From Antedon mediterranea (taxonomy: Eukaryota; Animalia; Echinodermata): DNA of 64,000 bases. Below the pieces are notes generated by a model. That model was not told the origin of the DNA. It was given only the letters and a program-made list of their open reading frames with translations, and did not search any database. Where the stretch lies: the NCBI RefSeq assembly GCF_964355755.1, contig NC_092679.1, positions 1,890,201 to 1,954,200 on the forward strand, given 5' to 3'. Shown here piece after piece: positions 13,201-24,630 of the stretch (position 1 is the first letter of the stretch; each line of letters begins with the position of its first letter). A program made the translations under genes and the position numbers.

Positions 13201-16200
13201 TATGTGAAAAAAAAATGTGATGTGCCCATGAACATGATGATGTCATATCACTACTATATTTGGACATATCACTATCACACTTTTTTTGTCAAACTAGTTT
13301 GATAGCGTAGACAGAGCTTAAGACAAATATTCTATTTTCTGGCATTGTATATATTATTGTGTGTTCTAATGTTTTACAGAAGAATGTATAGACGTTTAAA
13401 AGAAGAGAATGTAAACGTAACATACAAAGAGATTCCTGGAAAAGGGCATTGGTGGTGGGATACATGGTAAGTCAATAGAAATTTATCTCAGAAAAATGGA
13501 TACCTAGTTATTTCTTTTATGACGTTTAATTTTTCTTTTTCTTATTATTTTAATTTTGTTTACATAGGACTACCAATGATGGTGGTGCTGTCAATGATCC
13601 CCAGTTAAGAACCTTTATGAATGAATATTCATCAATTACTTCAACTTTTGACCAATCATGTGACTCTGTTGATCAGGACTGTTCTATTATGACAAAGGGT
13701 AGATATTCTAACAAAGAGATTGATGGAAAGTCTTATACTTTAACAGTGATAAATCCAGCTCTTGGAGAAAGTCTAAAAGGTTTAAGAATTATTCAACAAA
13801 TTGTTCCATATAGGACCAGTAAAGTAAAGGTAGGCGTATTATTTTGATAATGATATTGTTTATATAAACTGAACAATGGAGTTGTGTTTTGATGGTTATA
13901 ATGCTTGGCTACCAATCCAAGAGTCCTGGGTTCATGTCCTCTCATGTCAGGATTTTTTCTAATGACAAATTACAACTACTCCATTCCCAAAGACTTTGTT
14001 TATGGAAAGCATGTTGTGTATATGTGGGTGCAGGTCAAGTCGGCCCCAAACCGTCTCGGCCAAAGTCAAGTCGGCCCCACGTCATGTCGGCCCCAAGTCA
14101 ACTCGGCCTCAAGTCAACTCGGCCTCAAGTCAACTCGGCCTCACGTCAACTCGGCCAAAAACTAATCGGTCAACTCGGCCACAATAAAGTATGGAACGCA
14201 AAAAGTGCTTAATATTATTACGATTCTTACTATCCACGTTTTTAAAAAAATGAAGAAATAAAAAATATAATATCATATAAAAAAATGAACTCATTGCCGA
14301 TATGAATAGAAGTACCCGCGTGTTACAAAAAACATGTGCAGGTACCGTATTTTAGGAAATCGAAGACGGAGGCCTACGTTCCACCATTTGGCCGTAGAAA
14401 AAATGATCGTACATCGTTTTTGTGCATGATTTGCGTTTTTTAAAAAGGGGAATCCCCCGGTCAGCGAAAACACGTAGCAGTTGTAGATATCGAAAAAGCT
14501 GGCAAACGCGCAGGGAGGCTCAGCTACAAAATTTTATTAAACGTAAATAAAGGAAAGTTGGTGAAATCATTCCTATTTTTTTTGCTACATATATTATTGT
14601 CTAAATAATAATGTTCATTAAAAGTCAGAATTATTCATAGTTAAAAAATTGTGAAGAAATATTATTTTATCAATCCCCTTCATTTGCACTTTTTGCGTTC
14701 CATACTTTAACGGGGCCGAGTTGACCGATTATTTTTTGGCCGAGTTGACGTGAGGCCGAGTTGACTTGAGGCCGAGTTGACTTGAGGCCGAGTTGACTTG
14801 AGGCCGACTTGACTTGGGGCCGACTTGACTTTGGCCGAGACGGTTTAGGGCCGACTTGGATCGAAACCGTATATGTTTGTCTTGTGAACAGGATTGCCAT
14901 CTTGAAGAAGGATAGTGAATGAATTAGCTTATGGTTATCCTTGGCAATTTTCCTAAATAAACAAATCACTAATAATAGTCTTTACTGTATATTGAATTCT
15001 CAACTGGAGATAAATCAAAACAAATGCCCATGTTAAAATCATGGTTCGTATAACAACATGTTATTGTGTTTCATTTTTAAGTGTTTTTAAGTTTTTCAAA
15101 AGCTCAATAGTTATACACTTTACTTTTCTCAGATGAGTTTTTTAACTGATGGAATTACTATAGAAACTACCAACGTAAATAAACTTAGTATTTCAGATGT
15201 ACCACATGTTGGTATCACCTGGCCAGGTTTGCAGTTAGTGATTAACGGTCTTCCCGTCACTATTGAAAAAACTCCAGTCAGTTTGTGTAGAAAATCAGGT
15301 TAGTAATACCTGTACTATAATTAATTAATTAAACAACGCTATCAAACTTTGTGACAGAACAATGTGATGTGCCCATATATAGACATGATGATGTCATATC
15401 ACTACCATATTTAAGCATATTACTATCTTATTTGGGCACATCACACTTTTTTTAAAAACTAGTTTGATAGTGTAGACAGAGCTTATGGAAACTATTATTT
15501 TGTCAATTTTTAGACAAGATATTTAATCGATTGATTGGGTAGTAATTAATTAACATTCAAATGATTGCACAATTATATTCAATTGATTTATTACTTAAAA
15601 TATAGGCAGACAAGAATCTTCTGTGAATTAACATTCTAGTAGATCATTCATTTACACATGATTGCAGTATCCGTGAAAAACATAGATTGCAACAATAAAT
15701 ATAAATAGAGAATGCATTAAGTGTTGCAATATTGGTTAAGATCACATATCCAACTTCAATGTAAACGATTTATTAATATTTAAATTACAATACTTGTGGA
15801 GTAACAGTACCTTTTCTCAAGACAAAAAAAATGTGAATTTTATTGTATAGTAAATCACTCTATTAAATATTGGCAGTTTAGGTGATAAAATAAGATTGGA
15901 TTAGTTAAACCAATAGCATTACATTTATAGGCACATTTTATAAATACAATACAGTTGACTCTTAACAAAACCACTTTAAAAAATGCATTTTTCAGTCTTT
16001 GCCAGTTATTTTTTTTAATTTGCTAAGTTTAATTTCTAAACTATATTTTTAAAATGTGGCATAGTAGTTTGGTGCCCTCCTCCAAATCAAGGTTTAAGTG
16101 CGTGATTCTATTCTTAGTACAAGTCTACTACCTAAGCTTTAATTTCCAGTATACAGAAATCTGTGTTTAATTTTCAGGATTGTGGGAACAATGTGATGAT

Positions 16201-18206
16201 GGCAATATAATGGGAAGTGATAAAGAGCGAGGACCAGCAAATTACGGACCGGCACGAAGAGTAGCAGAACATAGTTTTTTAATAGTAATAGGTAAAGGTA
16301 TAAAACTCTATTTTAGTAGGGAGTTTTGATTTGCGACGACACCGTAGGTCAGGTCAAACATCAAACCTGTGTAGAGGTGAAGAGAAAGAACAAACATCCC
16401 AATATTTCCGCATGCGCACATTGAACTAACATGTATTTTGGTCGTCGGTCATCGTAAATCAAAATCTTCCTAATAATGTCGTCTAATTATTATATTATTT
16501 AGTTTTTATTGCATTTCCTTTTTTATTGAACTGTGTTTTTTTCTAAGATTAAATATTTGAAGTGCTTATACACCGTATTTAGATTTATCCCTTTTAGACA
16601 TTTTTTACAGGAACACAAAACAAAGAGTCAGCACCACAATTGCTTAAACTCGCTGTCTACATAGCCAACCTCTTCTTTCTCACGTCTGACACTATTGCAC
16701 CAATTATAGAAGATTCCACTTTAACAGAACAACAGGCTGAAGACAATAATCTTATTGTTATTGGTGGTGTTGATGAAAATATACACACTTCAAAATATCT
16801 AGAGAAACTTCCAATTACGTACGATAAAGACAATGGTACATTTATTTCCTCAAGTAATTAACTCTCATTTTGTTCTGCCAACATTAGCATAGATAATTTA
16901 AGCTGCAAATTGAGCTTGTTTGATTGGTATCATAGGCATCCCATGTGTTGCTGTATCATGGAAGGGCACTGTAGGTTAATAGTTAACATCCATGATACAG
17001 CCGTTACATGTGAAACACATGAGATGTTGTATCTTGCCTAAGAATGTGATGTTTTTGCTCTCAACACAATATTTTCAGAGAGAGTTTTCACAAAGTGTTC
17101 ATATTCCTATAATAAAACAATAAATAGTTACTACTCACTACTCACTAGCGCTTAAAGCATATTGTCTTGTAACAACATGTTTTATTGTCCAGAACATGTA
17201 TTTCTGTGACCCTTTAAGAGTGCAATTATTACTTAGTGTCAATCTACATTTCTTTATCTATAATCATAAAACATTACATAAACCTCTTTATTACATCACT
17301 ACTACCATTTATTGATATCGGCCGTCTGTTTAGTTAGAACAATATTTTTTCCTCCATGGTTTGAAATATTTGATCTTTTCAGGTTTAAAATTAGGGGAGT
17401 GTACATTTACGTCATCAAGGACAGGTCTACTAGCACTAGCCCCACATGGCAAGCAGGGATTAGCACTAGTCCTTATGGGCAACTCTCTGACTGGTTTAAG
17501 AGACGTAGTTAATTTAGCTACCCCAACCATTCCACCAATGACTAGATCACCAGTAAGTAGGATGATATTTAATATGTACCCTCTTAACCTCTGTCTACAC
17601 TATCAAACTTTATGTGACAAAAAAAAATGTGATGTGCCCATATATGGCCAAGATGATGTCATACCACTACCATATTTAGGCACATCACTACCATATTTAG
17701 GCACGTCACACCTTTTTGATAGTGTAGATGAAGCTTAAAACATCACTCAATGTCATAAAACATTGTATAATATGCTTCTGTCGCCACAGTCATTACATGG
17801 CAGTTATGTGTTCAAAGTCTAATTTCAATATTTTAGTTATTAAAGCTCTGTCACTACTACTACTACACTATCAAACTAGTTTAAAATAAGGAGTGATGTG
17901 GCCACATATGGTAGTGATATCATGTCCATATATGGGCACATCACATTTTTTTGTCACATAAAATTTGATAGTGTAGACAGAGCTTAACATTTACAACATA
18001 ATACAATATAAACCGAGTCCTATGCCTATTACTATGTTTTTTATTACTAATTACTGTGTTTTTTCTTATAGTTTTCCAACATGGTACCTGATTTTGTCAT
18101 AACAGGACCAGAGTTTTCGAGGAAAGGGGCAGGAGGATACCAGTGTACTGGATTCTGGGGCAACCAATGGGAGTATCGACTTGAACTGTCTTCATGCGCT
18201 TGTTGA
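7232..18206 (+). CDS. Uncharacterised secreted alpha/beta-fold serine hydrolase (S9-peptidase/esterase-like) with N-terminal TPR-like repeat; resembles the 'secreted protein ARB_06907-like' family; 26 exons, 1001 aa
   Basis: Exons 7232-7318, 7726-7830, 8084-8148, 8425-8546, 8719-8876, 8971-9060, 9355-9418, 9791-9857, 10278-10372, 10493-10619, 10734-10886, 11237-11351, 11456-11537, 11749-11845, 12036-12105, 12224-12411, 12618-12669, 12769-12816, 12922-12983, 13380-13466, 13568-13829, 15133-15298, 16178-16291, 16611-16835, 17383-17552, 18072-18206. All GT-AG; 3006 nt, open. Signal peptide [22 protein letters not shown]; TPR-like [27 protein letters not shown]; [10 protein letters not shown]; nucleophile GHSMGG; GANDRTV (Asp); GKGHWW (His). 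The family name is from recollection, not a search. Confidence 0.9.
8187..8331. mobile_element. MITE family A
   Basis: TAA|AGCTCTGTCTA...GTAGACAGAGCT|TAA. Confidence 0.85.
9960..10135 (-). mobile_element. SINE fragment (central core-like segment)
   Basis: Minus strand reads GATAAGGACTACAAACCGTAGGTCC...GCACTTTAAAGAACCCAGTAC, reminiscent of conserved metazoan SINE central domains. No intact pol III head seen. Confidence 0.4.
10924..11005. mobile_element. Tc1/mariner-type MITE, degenerate copy of the 2195-2348 element
   Basis: CAGTCAACTCTCCTAATACTAGACTCTCTGGAAACCAGAAAC...GAGAGTTGTCTG. Confidence 0.7.
13177..13318. mobile_element. MITE family A (near-canonical copy)
   Basis: TAA|AGCTCTGTCTACACTATCAAACT...AGTTTGATAGCGTAGACAGAGCT|TAA; a 3-bp TAA TSD is typical of PIF/Harbinger. 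Confidence 0.9.
13878..13960 (+). mobile_element. Degenerate tRNA-derived SINE head
   Basis: GGAGTTGTG...TGGTTATAATGCTTGGCTACCAATCCAAGAGTCCTGGGTTCATGTCC, similar to the SINE head at 56918. Confidence 0.5.
14026..14868. mobile_element. Foldback/Mutator-like non-autonomous DNA transposon with ~180-bp TIRs built of 16-bp repeats
   Basis: Left and right arms are reverse complements containing tandem AAGTCAACTCGGCCTC units. GG...CC termini; 8-bp TSD GTATATGT (14018-14025 and 14869-14876); no transposase ORF inside. Confidence 0.85.
15336..15483. mobile_element. MITE family A (left end eroded)
   Basis: CGCTATCAAACTTTGTGAC...AGTTTGATAGTGTAGACAGAGCT. Confidence 0.8.
16317..16472. mobile_element. 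Short TIR element (MITE)
   Basis: TAGGGAGTTTTGATTTGCGACGAC ... GTCATCGTAAATCAAAATCTTCCTA inverted repeat; CpG-rich relative to the intron. Confidence 0.6.
17588..17735. mobile_element. MITE family A
   Basis: CTCTGTCTACACTATCAAACTTTATGTGAC...GATAGTGTAGATGAAGCT. Confidence 0.85.
17844..17984. mobile_element. MITE family A (opposite internal orientation)
   Basis: TAA|AGCTCTGTC...TTTGATAGTGTAGACAGAGCT|TAA. Confidence 0.85.
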
Positions 18207-18228
18207 TGGTAGTTATTGCTTTTATTTT

Positions 18229-18350
18229 TATCAAATTAAAACAACAACAATGTGATGTGCCCATATATGGACACAATGACGTCATATCACTACCATGTTT
18301 GGGCAAATGACACCTTTTTGTCAAACTAGTTTGATAGCGTAGTCAGAGCT
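18229..18350. mobile_element. MITE family A in the 3' UTR of the hydrolase gene
   Basis: TGTGATGTGCCCATATATGGAC...AGTTTGATAGCGTAGTCAGAGCT, starting about 25 bp after the TGA. Confidence 0.8.
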
Positions 18351-19123
18351 TAACATTTTACTTAAATTTTGACGAAATATTTGGTGGATTAAGTGTGTGG
18401 AGGTATTAGTGCAATTCATTTCTAGGATCTGCTACTTAACATGGATTTTGTATGACTGTTGTGATCTAAAAGGCATAAGAGCCTAGAGCCTACAGTTTAT
18501 AGTACAGGCCAATCCATACAAACTACAGTGTGTATATATTTGTAGCAAAACTCATGGTGGACATGTTATCAGCTCAGCCTTGATTGGAACAAATTCTGCA
18601 AGTTTAGTTTAAAATCCTACAAATACAATTTTTTTTTTTGATGCAGTATTTAGCAGGTGTATTTTCCTTTGGTTGAGTTTCTTCTTTTTTGTTTTAATTC
18701 GCTTTTTCTTGATTTGATAAAATTACAACAGAACGTCTCAATATATTATTAGTATTCATTTATTTATTTAGTACATTTATCTTGGTTTTACAAGTGATGC
18801 CTAGTCTTAGCCACTCCAGACACTAGAACAATTATAGCAACGTCTACAGCTGTTTAGAATAACAAAAAGACAAGGAACAACTAAAAGAGCATTTTAACAA
18901 ACAAAAAAATAAAAATAAGAGTACAGATATTTTCTACAAAAACAATGATATATTTTCTGTATACCAATGAAGCTCGTAACTCCAGTTATTTTTAAATAAT
19001 TTAATTTTTTAAAATCATGGTTTATTTAATAATTATTAATAGAAAATAAAATGCAAATTAGGAAGAAAATTACAACAAATTTTAAATAAAGTAAAAACAT
19101 GTTTAATTTAGAAGCACTTATTG

Positions 19124-20080
19124 TTACATCATGATTTGATTTTGGTTGTTCGACGACAGCCTGCCATTGAAATAAATGTTACGTGGACTTCTCATAAAAA
19201 CACACGGCGTCAATATACAGTTCACATATATTGCGCAAACCGTTCCCAGAAAAAATTGCGCACTTTCTTCAAACGTCATACCACTCGACACGCGGTACAT
19301 ATCAAATAAGAAATACGGTGACCATCCAACTATGTGAATCAAAAGCGCGACGACCAACGTCCTGGAACAACGACGCCGTTGTAGAAGTCTTTCGTTGTCT
19401 GTGGACGGCGAAAACGGTCTATGAAGACGGTAGAACACTTTGGTGTATAATGTTATATAGAGAAAACATGGGATGATTAGAAAGGCGCCTGTAATATAGA
19501 TATAATATGCTAAGCTTCTTTTGTTGGCTGTGATTATTCCAACTGTACATATGTTGTGTGCTGTTGAAGTGATGTTTGGCTCCTGGACGTCTAAGTTAAC
19601 AAGACTTGTGTAAAACATAGGCATTGGTATCATTGACGCTAAAGTTATACACCAAGACACAAAAATAGACATTTTGCAATTTCTCATCGTACACAACTGC
19701 GAAAACTTTAACGGATGACATATAGCGACGTAACGTTCCACACAAACGAGAACGTGTGTCAACAACGCCGTAGCACCTACAACGGTTGTGAAGTACCCGC
19801 TAAAACGGCACATAATGTTCAGAACGCGACTCTCGCCGTCGGTACTGGGTGCGTACAAAAGAGTCGTTAGTCGTAATGGTGCGTCCGCTAACAACATCAT
19901 TATGCTACAAACTACGATATTGATGATTAATAACATGGTGGATGATTTACGGCGGCGACGACATATATCGGCGGATAGTAATCCGTTGGTGATAAGTCCA
20001 AATATCATTAGAAACACGAAGATCGAACATAAGGTGTAACGCAACCCGTTACTTTGCACAATCCTAGAATTCATATCCAT
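19124..20080 (-). CDS. Intronless rhodopsin-like (class A) orphan GPCR, 318 aa
   Basis: Seven hydrophobic segments; TM3 Cys (MCRF), ERY motif, 'AICHPL', ECL2 Cys, TM6 WSP, TM7 TPCVF in place of NPxxY. Confidence 0.9.
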   Translation of the reverse strand: MDMNSRIVQSNGLRYTLCSIFVFLMIFGLITNGLLSADICRRRRKSSTMLLIINIVVCSIMMLLADAPLRLTTLLYAPSTDGESRVLNIMCRFSGYFTTVVGATALLTHVLVCVERYVAICHPLKFSQLCTMRNCKMSIFVSWCITLASMIPMPMFYTSLVNLDVQEPNITSTAHNICTVGIITANKRSLAYYIYITGAFLIIPCFLYITLYTKVFYRLHRPFSPSTDNERLLQRRRCSRTLVVALLIHIVGWSPYFLFDMYRVSSGMTFEESAQFFLGTVCAIYVNCILTPCVFMRSPRNIYFNGRLSSNNQNQIMM

Positions 20081-20180
20081 AGTTTTCGTTGTATCATCTT
20101 TTATACGCGTATAATTACGCTGTACGCCCGATATAATAATTCCTTAAACAGGCCTAGAACGAATCGAAAACATTAACTCA

Positions 20181-20188
20181 CTTTTATA
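20181..20188 (-). promoter_or_regulatory. Candidate TATA box of the 318-aa GPCR
   Basis: TATAAAAG on the minus strand about 100 bp upstream of the ATG. Confidence 0.35.
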
Positions 20189-20691
20189 GTGTGTTTATCG
20201 CTTTGAACAGCGAAAGCTCTGCGGTCGACTTGTATATAACAAAAACAACCATAAATATGTGCGTAAATGGCCAGTCCATGACACGAGTAGCGATATATCA
20301 GGTTCGTTTGCTTACACTTCAAACTCGCATCTACTCGGCTGCTGTTCACATTTTCGATTTTGACTATCAATTAATGACACGATATACCAAGTTCATTTGA
20401 TTCGTACATAAAAACACCAACGCAAACTAATCTCGGATAAATATGACGCGCCAAGCGGTCATTTCAAGCAATCGGTAGAGAGTCGTACAAATCAAATCCA
20501 TGAGTTCAAATATAAATTAAAAAGTGAGGTCATTTAATAAACAAAAAATATCTTGTAAACATCACATGTTAACTGATAATGATATAATTTACGATTAAAC
20601 AAGCTGTGCATACATATGGAATTACTATACAGTACAGCGATGACCGAATATAGGGCTAGGCGGGGCTAATCGGGGCTAGGCTTATAAAGAC

Positions 20692-21771
20692 TTAAACGGC
20701 GTTCGAACTACCGACTATAACATCCGCCGATAGTGTAGCGCCTGGGTATATCCCCAAGCACCGTTTACAAATCAATTTCCGTACACTTCGACGGAAAGCT
20801 GGAGAAGACCCGCAGAATATATACGGCGCCGCAGCGCAGATGAAGTACACATGCCACCAAATACACACGTTGACGAACGCACAGCTATCAAAGAACGCGT
20901 CTTTGCCGCTGATACGGTACGACTCGAACGCAATTAACGGCGACCAACAGAATACGTACGTCGCAAGCACTATCAACATGGTTATGATAAATTTTCGACG
21001 AAGATTAAAGTCATCATGTCCGTCAATCTTTTTCGTCGTCGTCTTCTTTTGTCGCATCAGTACTTTTAGATGAACGACTGCGACGGTATACGAGACGATG
21101 GTCCCGACTATGGGAATGATCAAAAATACTAAAATACATATTGAATATGCGACTACGTGCGATTCGTATCCACCACCATCATCTCGAGTATAGTCACATA
21201 TTACACGCGTGTACGTTGTATTTGGCAAAACTATAGACGTAATATTAAGAACGAGCGTGTTACGTGTACGAAACGGTATACACAATGACGTAATCAGAAA
21301 GACGACTGAACCTCCGGTGACCAATCGGAAGGCAGAGTTCGCTGTGCAGAATCGGCTGTATACTATGGGCTTTAGCACCGCTAAACATCGTTCAGCACCC
21401 AATAGGCAATGTATCCAGAGTAAAATTACACCGGTGACTGACGAAATATAGCCGAAGAAACCGCATAGTTCTCCTGAAAGTATAACAGACGAAGTGCTTG
21501 CCTTGGGCAGTCCAGTCAACATCTTCACTGGCACTACAATCAGTAACACAAGTAAATTGACGACGAATAACGAACATAACAGCGTGTTCGTTGAGGTGGC
21601 AGCTCCACGCGAAGATGTTGGTGATATTCGGCGAACATTCTTTAAAGCAACCCCATTTCCAACTAATCCAAGTACGATTGTAATCACGTACATAATTATC
21701 ATTAAAATGCGTACATATTCATGTTCTAAAATATCTTCTTGAACATTTTCAAATCTGTTTTCGGTATACAT
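20692..21771 (-). CDS. Intronless rhodopsin-like (class A) orphan GPCR, 359 aa from the first ATG
   Basis: TM1 GN, TM3 Cys (LCGF), ERC in place of DRY, ECL2 Cys, TM6 CWSP, TM7 AAPYIF, helix-8 FRRSVRKL followed by Cys. The ORF track start at 21807 is non-ATG. Confidence 0.92.
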   Translation of the reverse strand: MYTENRFENVQEDILEHEYVRILMIIMYVITIVLGLVGNGVALKNVRRISPTSSRGAATSTNTLLCSLFVVNLLVLLIVVPVKMLTGLPKASTSSVILSGELCGFFGYISSVTGVILLWIHCLLGAERCLAVLKPIVYSRFCTANSAFRLVTGGSVVFLITSLCIPFRTRNTLVLNITSIVLPNTTYTRVICDYTRDDGGGYESHVVAYSICILVFLIIPIVGTIVSYTVAVVHLKVLMRQKKTTTKKIDGHDDFNLRRKFIITMLIVLATYVFCWSPLIAFESYRISGKDAFFDSCAFVNVCIWWHVYFICAAAPYIFCGSSPAFRRSVRKLICKRCLGIYPGATLSADVIVGSSNAV

Positions 21772-23611
21772 AGTGAAAGAAGAACGTATATGTTTCTCCT
21801 CTAACAAGAACGTAGGCCTCAGTTCCTCTAACTAACTTCTTAAATGCTAAGAGTTAGACGAGATAGTACTTTGTTATAATATGAATGACACTTGGTGCTT
21901 ATTAGCCTTTTCAACGCCTTACTTATCTCTCGGTATTGGTCAAGTGATTATCATTTGATTTAAGTCCTGTTCAAGACCTCTCATAAATCTCCACATGCTT
22001 TTCATAGCACACGAACATCTCAGAATGTTCATCAATAAATCAGCAGTACTTAATCGCTCTTTGATATCGAGGGCGCACTTTTTAGACCAGTTTACCTGTA
22101 TTTTGTTTTTTTTTTATCCGTACTATATTACATTTTTGTTCTCGCATTGTTGTACTAACACATTCATTTGCATTTGGTATTCGATTACCATTGCGTCATA
22201 TTACGCAACAGCAGCCAATTTTCTTTCACTGTATAGTTTGACTGTTTAGAGAGAGGGCGGTAGAGATGTTGTATTCGATATGTGAAATCTGTTTTTCTAT
22301 CTCTCAGCTAGTTCGAATGATTAATTGATTCGAATGAACCACATGATTTCTCATTGTAAGTCGATTTATTTTTGTTTTAACAGCTTAAATATACAAGGTA
22401 CATTATGTGACGTGTGCCTACGTTCTTTAAATATTAATAACGAGTAAGATCACTGCAGCTTAACATTACAAATATTAAATTTTAATTATTAATTAAAATT
22501 TGTAATTCGGTTTATTAATCTCGGGTTTAGTACGATTGTATCTTAGCGTAACAGAAACAGCTGAGCACCATATTCAATTATTTCAACGAACGCCGCCGGG
22601 AACCAGTGCCGAAAAGAGTGTGACGAACATACGCCCTCTATAGTTTATTAATTTTTTCATTTTCAAATAAAGTTCATAATACACTGTCACGATGTTATTT
22701 ATTGTACGAAACCACTGTACCGTGAGTTTTTTTTTATTGTATACGACACAATTATGAATTTTAAATAAAAAATTATCAATAATTATTTTGCGAGCAGAAT
22801 TATATAAATAGCCCCCTCTGTTGTGTATGAACGCGAGAAACGGATTCATTGGCCTCGACTTCAACTATTCTCTCGTTACGAGCGTGATTCATTAATTTGT
22901 TTCAGAAACCGAATGATTTCTTGAAACTTTAAGCCATGTTGGTGTTGCTTCATTCATTGAAAGGAGGTCACGGGGTCAAGTATCGCGTACTCACTTAATT
23001 CTCTCACCTTCTGATGTATAGATTTTCATAATGTGATCATGTAATTTGTAAGACATAATCTTAACGATTCGATGTGTAATTATCAATGATATAATTTCAC
23101 TCGTGTATGTCAATTAAACGGCGTAATTATACGATACTATACTCATTCCTGTTTTGTATATAATGTACACAAAACACTAAAATATTGATCGTGATTCAGT
23201 TCACATTTTTAGTTACATGCTGTGGATATTATAGGTCAAAAGTAATGTTTACAGATAGGAAGAAACGTTCTCAGTTTTACCGATACCGATAACGGATTTA
23301 ATTACATTTCGTTATTGTTTAGAAACGGGCCCAATCTAACATCAACGCGTATTGTTCTTTCACAATATAATATTGGCAAGAAACGCTGGTGGAATAGGCC
23401 TAGATATAAAACAATGTTATTATAGCCTATTACCGTCACACATATCCTGAATGTATTGACAATATTTAGGCCTAGTCTCTACCGTATGACGATTAAAATA
23501 CTGTTGGCATACGGCACCGGTGTAATTTACCGTGTATTTTACTAGACTATATTACATAAAGCGAGACACATTGTTAGAGCAGCAATATCATCCAGATATA
23601 CTTGGATACTA

Positions 23612-23836
23612 AAGCCTGTTTTAAATTTCCTGTCCCCGTTACGTTACGTTGTTTCCACTAGAACGTGACGCAGCGACGTATCGACGCAGAGTGCTGTATT
23701 GCGTAATCACAAGTGGGAACCGACGACGCAATAGTGATGCAATAGTGCTGCATGCATAAACACAATTATTAGAAGGGCATTTGCTTATGTTGCGTAGATT
23801 GCGTTACGTTGCGTCGCTAGTGAGAACCAATCTTTA
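23612..23836. mobile_element. Degenerate Harbinger-like MITE (CCACTAG...CTAGTG ends); relatives at 25520-25702 and 40338-40425
   Basis: TTTCCACTAGAACGTGACGCA ... TTGCGTCGCTAGTGAGAACCAATCTTTA; similar GCGTGCTAGTGGAAACCAAGCTTTA near 25545. Confidence 0.55.
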
Positions 23837-24483
23837 CTCGCTACATACAATTAGATCCACATTTTCTCTTTCCCACATTACTGTGATTATTATTTAAAAA
23901 AGAGCAAATCCACGCTTAATTGGAACAATTATTAATGAGTATATAGAAGGAAGCGCATTAAGCTTCAAAGTAATTTGAGAAGAACTTAATAAAGGTAGTA
24001 TTTAATGTAAAAATGCACGTTTGCCATTGAACTAGAGCGGCGGCTACAAGTAGAGCTGATAAACTGTACATACAATACAACGCTATTATCATTTCCATCT
24101 ATTATGTCTCTCCGCTGTTCAGGTTACCGATGTAGATGACTTGAATTTACCTAGACCTAAATACTATTATTCAAAGCGCTTCAAGGATCGAGCTACTAAT
24201 CGATTCTTGTGTCATAAGAATTACTTGAAATGCCAAGAAGTTAAACTTGTCAGTCGAAAATACGAAATGCAGAATGCTCAAATTTCCATGTAAATTTCTC
24301 TCCATCTAATCCGCCTCATTTACAATTAGATTCATCCGCACATGAGATGATTTCGGGAATATGTAGATTGTCTTCGTTTAAGCACGAACTCAAATCGTTT
24401 TTATTTATCGTAGTTCCGGACGCTGTAAATTCAACGTGCGCACTTTCAGAGATGCACTCGTTAACAGTACTATTAGTTTGTAA

Positions 24484-24630
24484 AGGCCAATTTACACAGG
24501 CGAGCGGTAACGATAAGCGGAAAACCACGTAGCTTGTCCCATGTAGAATCTGTGTCTTTCCTGAGCAGAAACCGCCCGTCTGCTCCGTGTTGTGTGTAAA
24601 TGGTCATACGGAATAAACATAGATTCTATA
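24484..24630. mobile_element. Truncated copy of the AGGCCAATTTACACA MITE
   Basis: Reverse-orientation match to the complete copy at 47586-47762. Confidence 0.75.

Noticed and set aside
13889-14969. ORFs with repeated STRPQVNSA motifs; CRISPR-like appearance
   Set aside because: They derive from the 16-bp repeat arms of a foldback transposon; no unique spacers, no cas genes, eukaryotic context.
7232-18206. U12-type introns or recent horizontal transfer of the hydrolase
   Set aside because: All donors are ordinary GT without the ATCCTT consensus; 25 introns and host-like composition.
19231-21742. Plus-strand ORFs overlapping the GPCRs, and similar antisense ORFs over GNPAT and hydrolase exons
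   Set aside because: Antisense shadows of real coding sequence with no recognisable motifs.
19124-21771. Opsin identity for the GPCRs
   Set aside because: No lysine in TM7 for retinal attachment.
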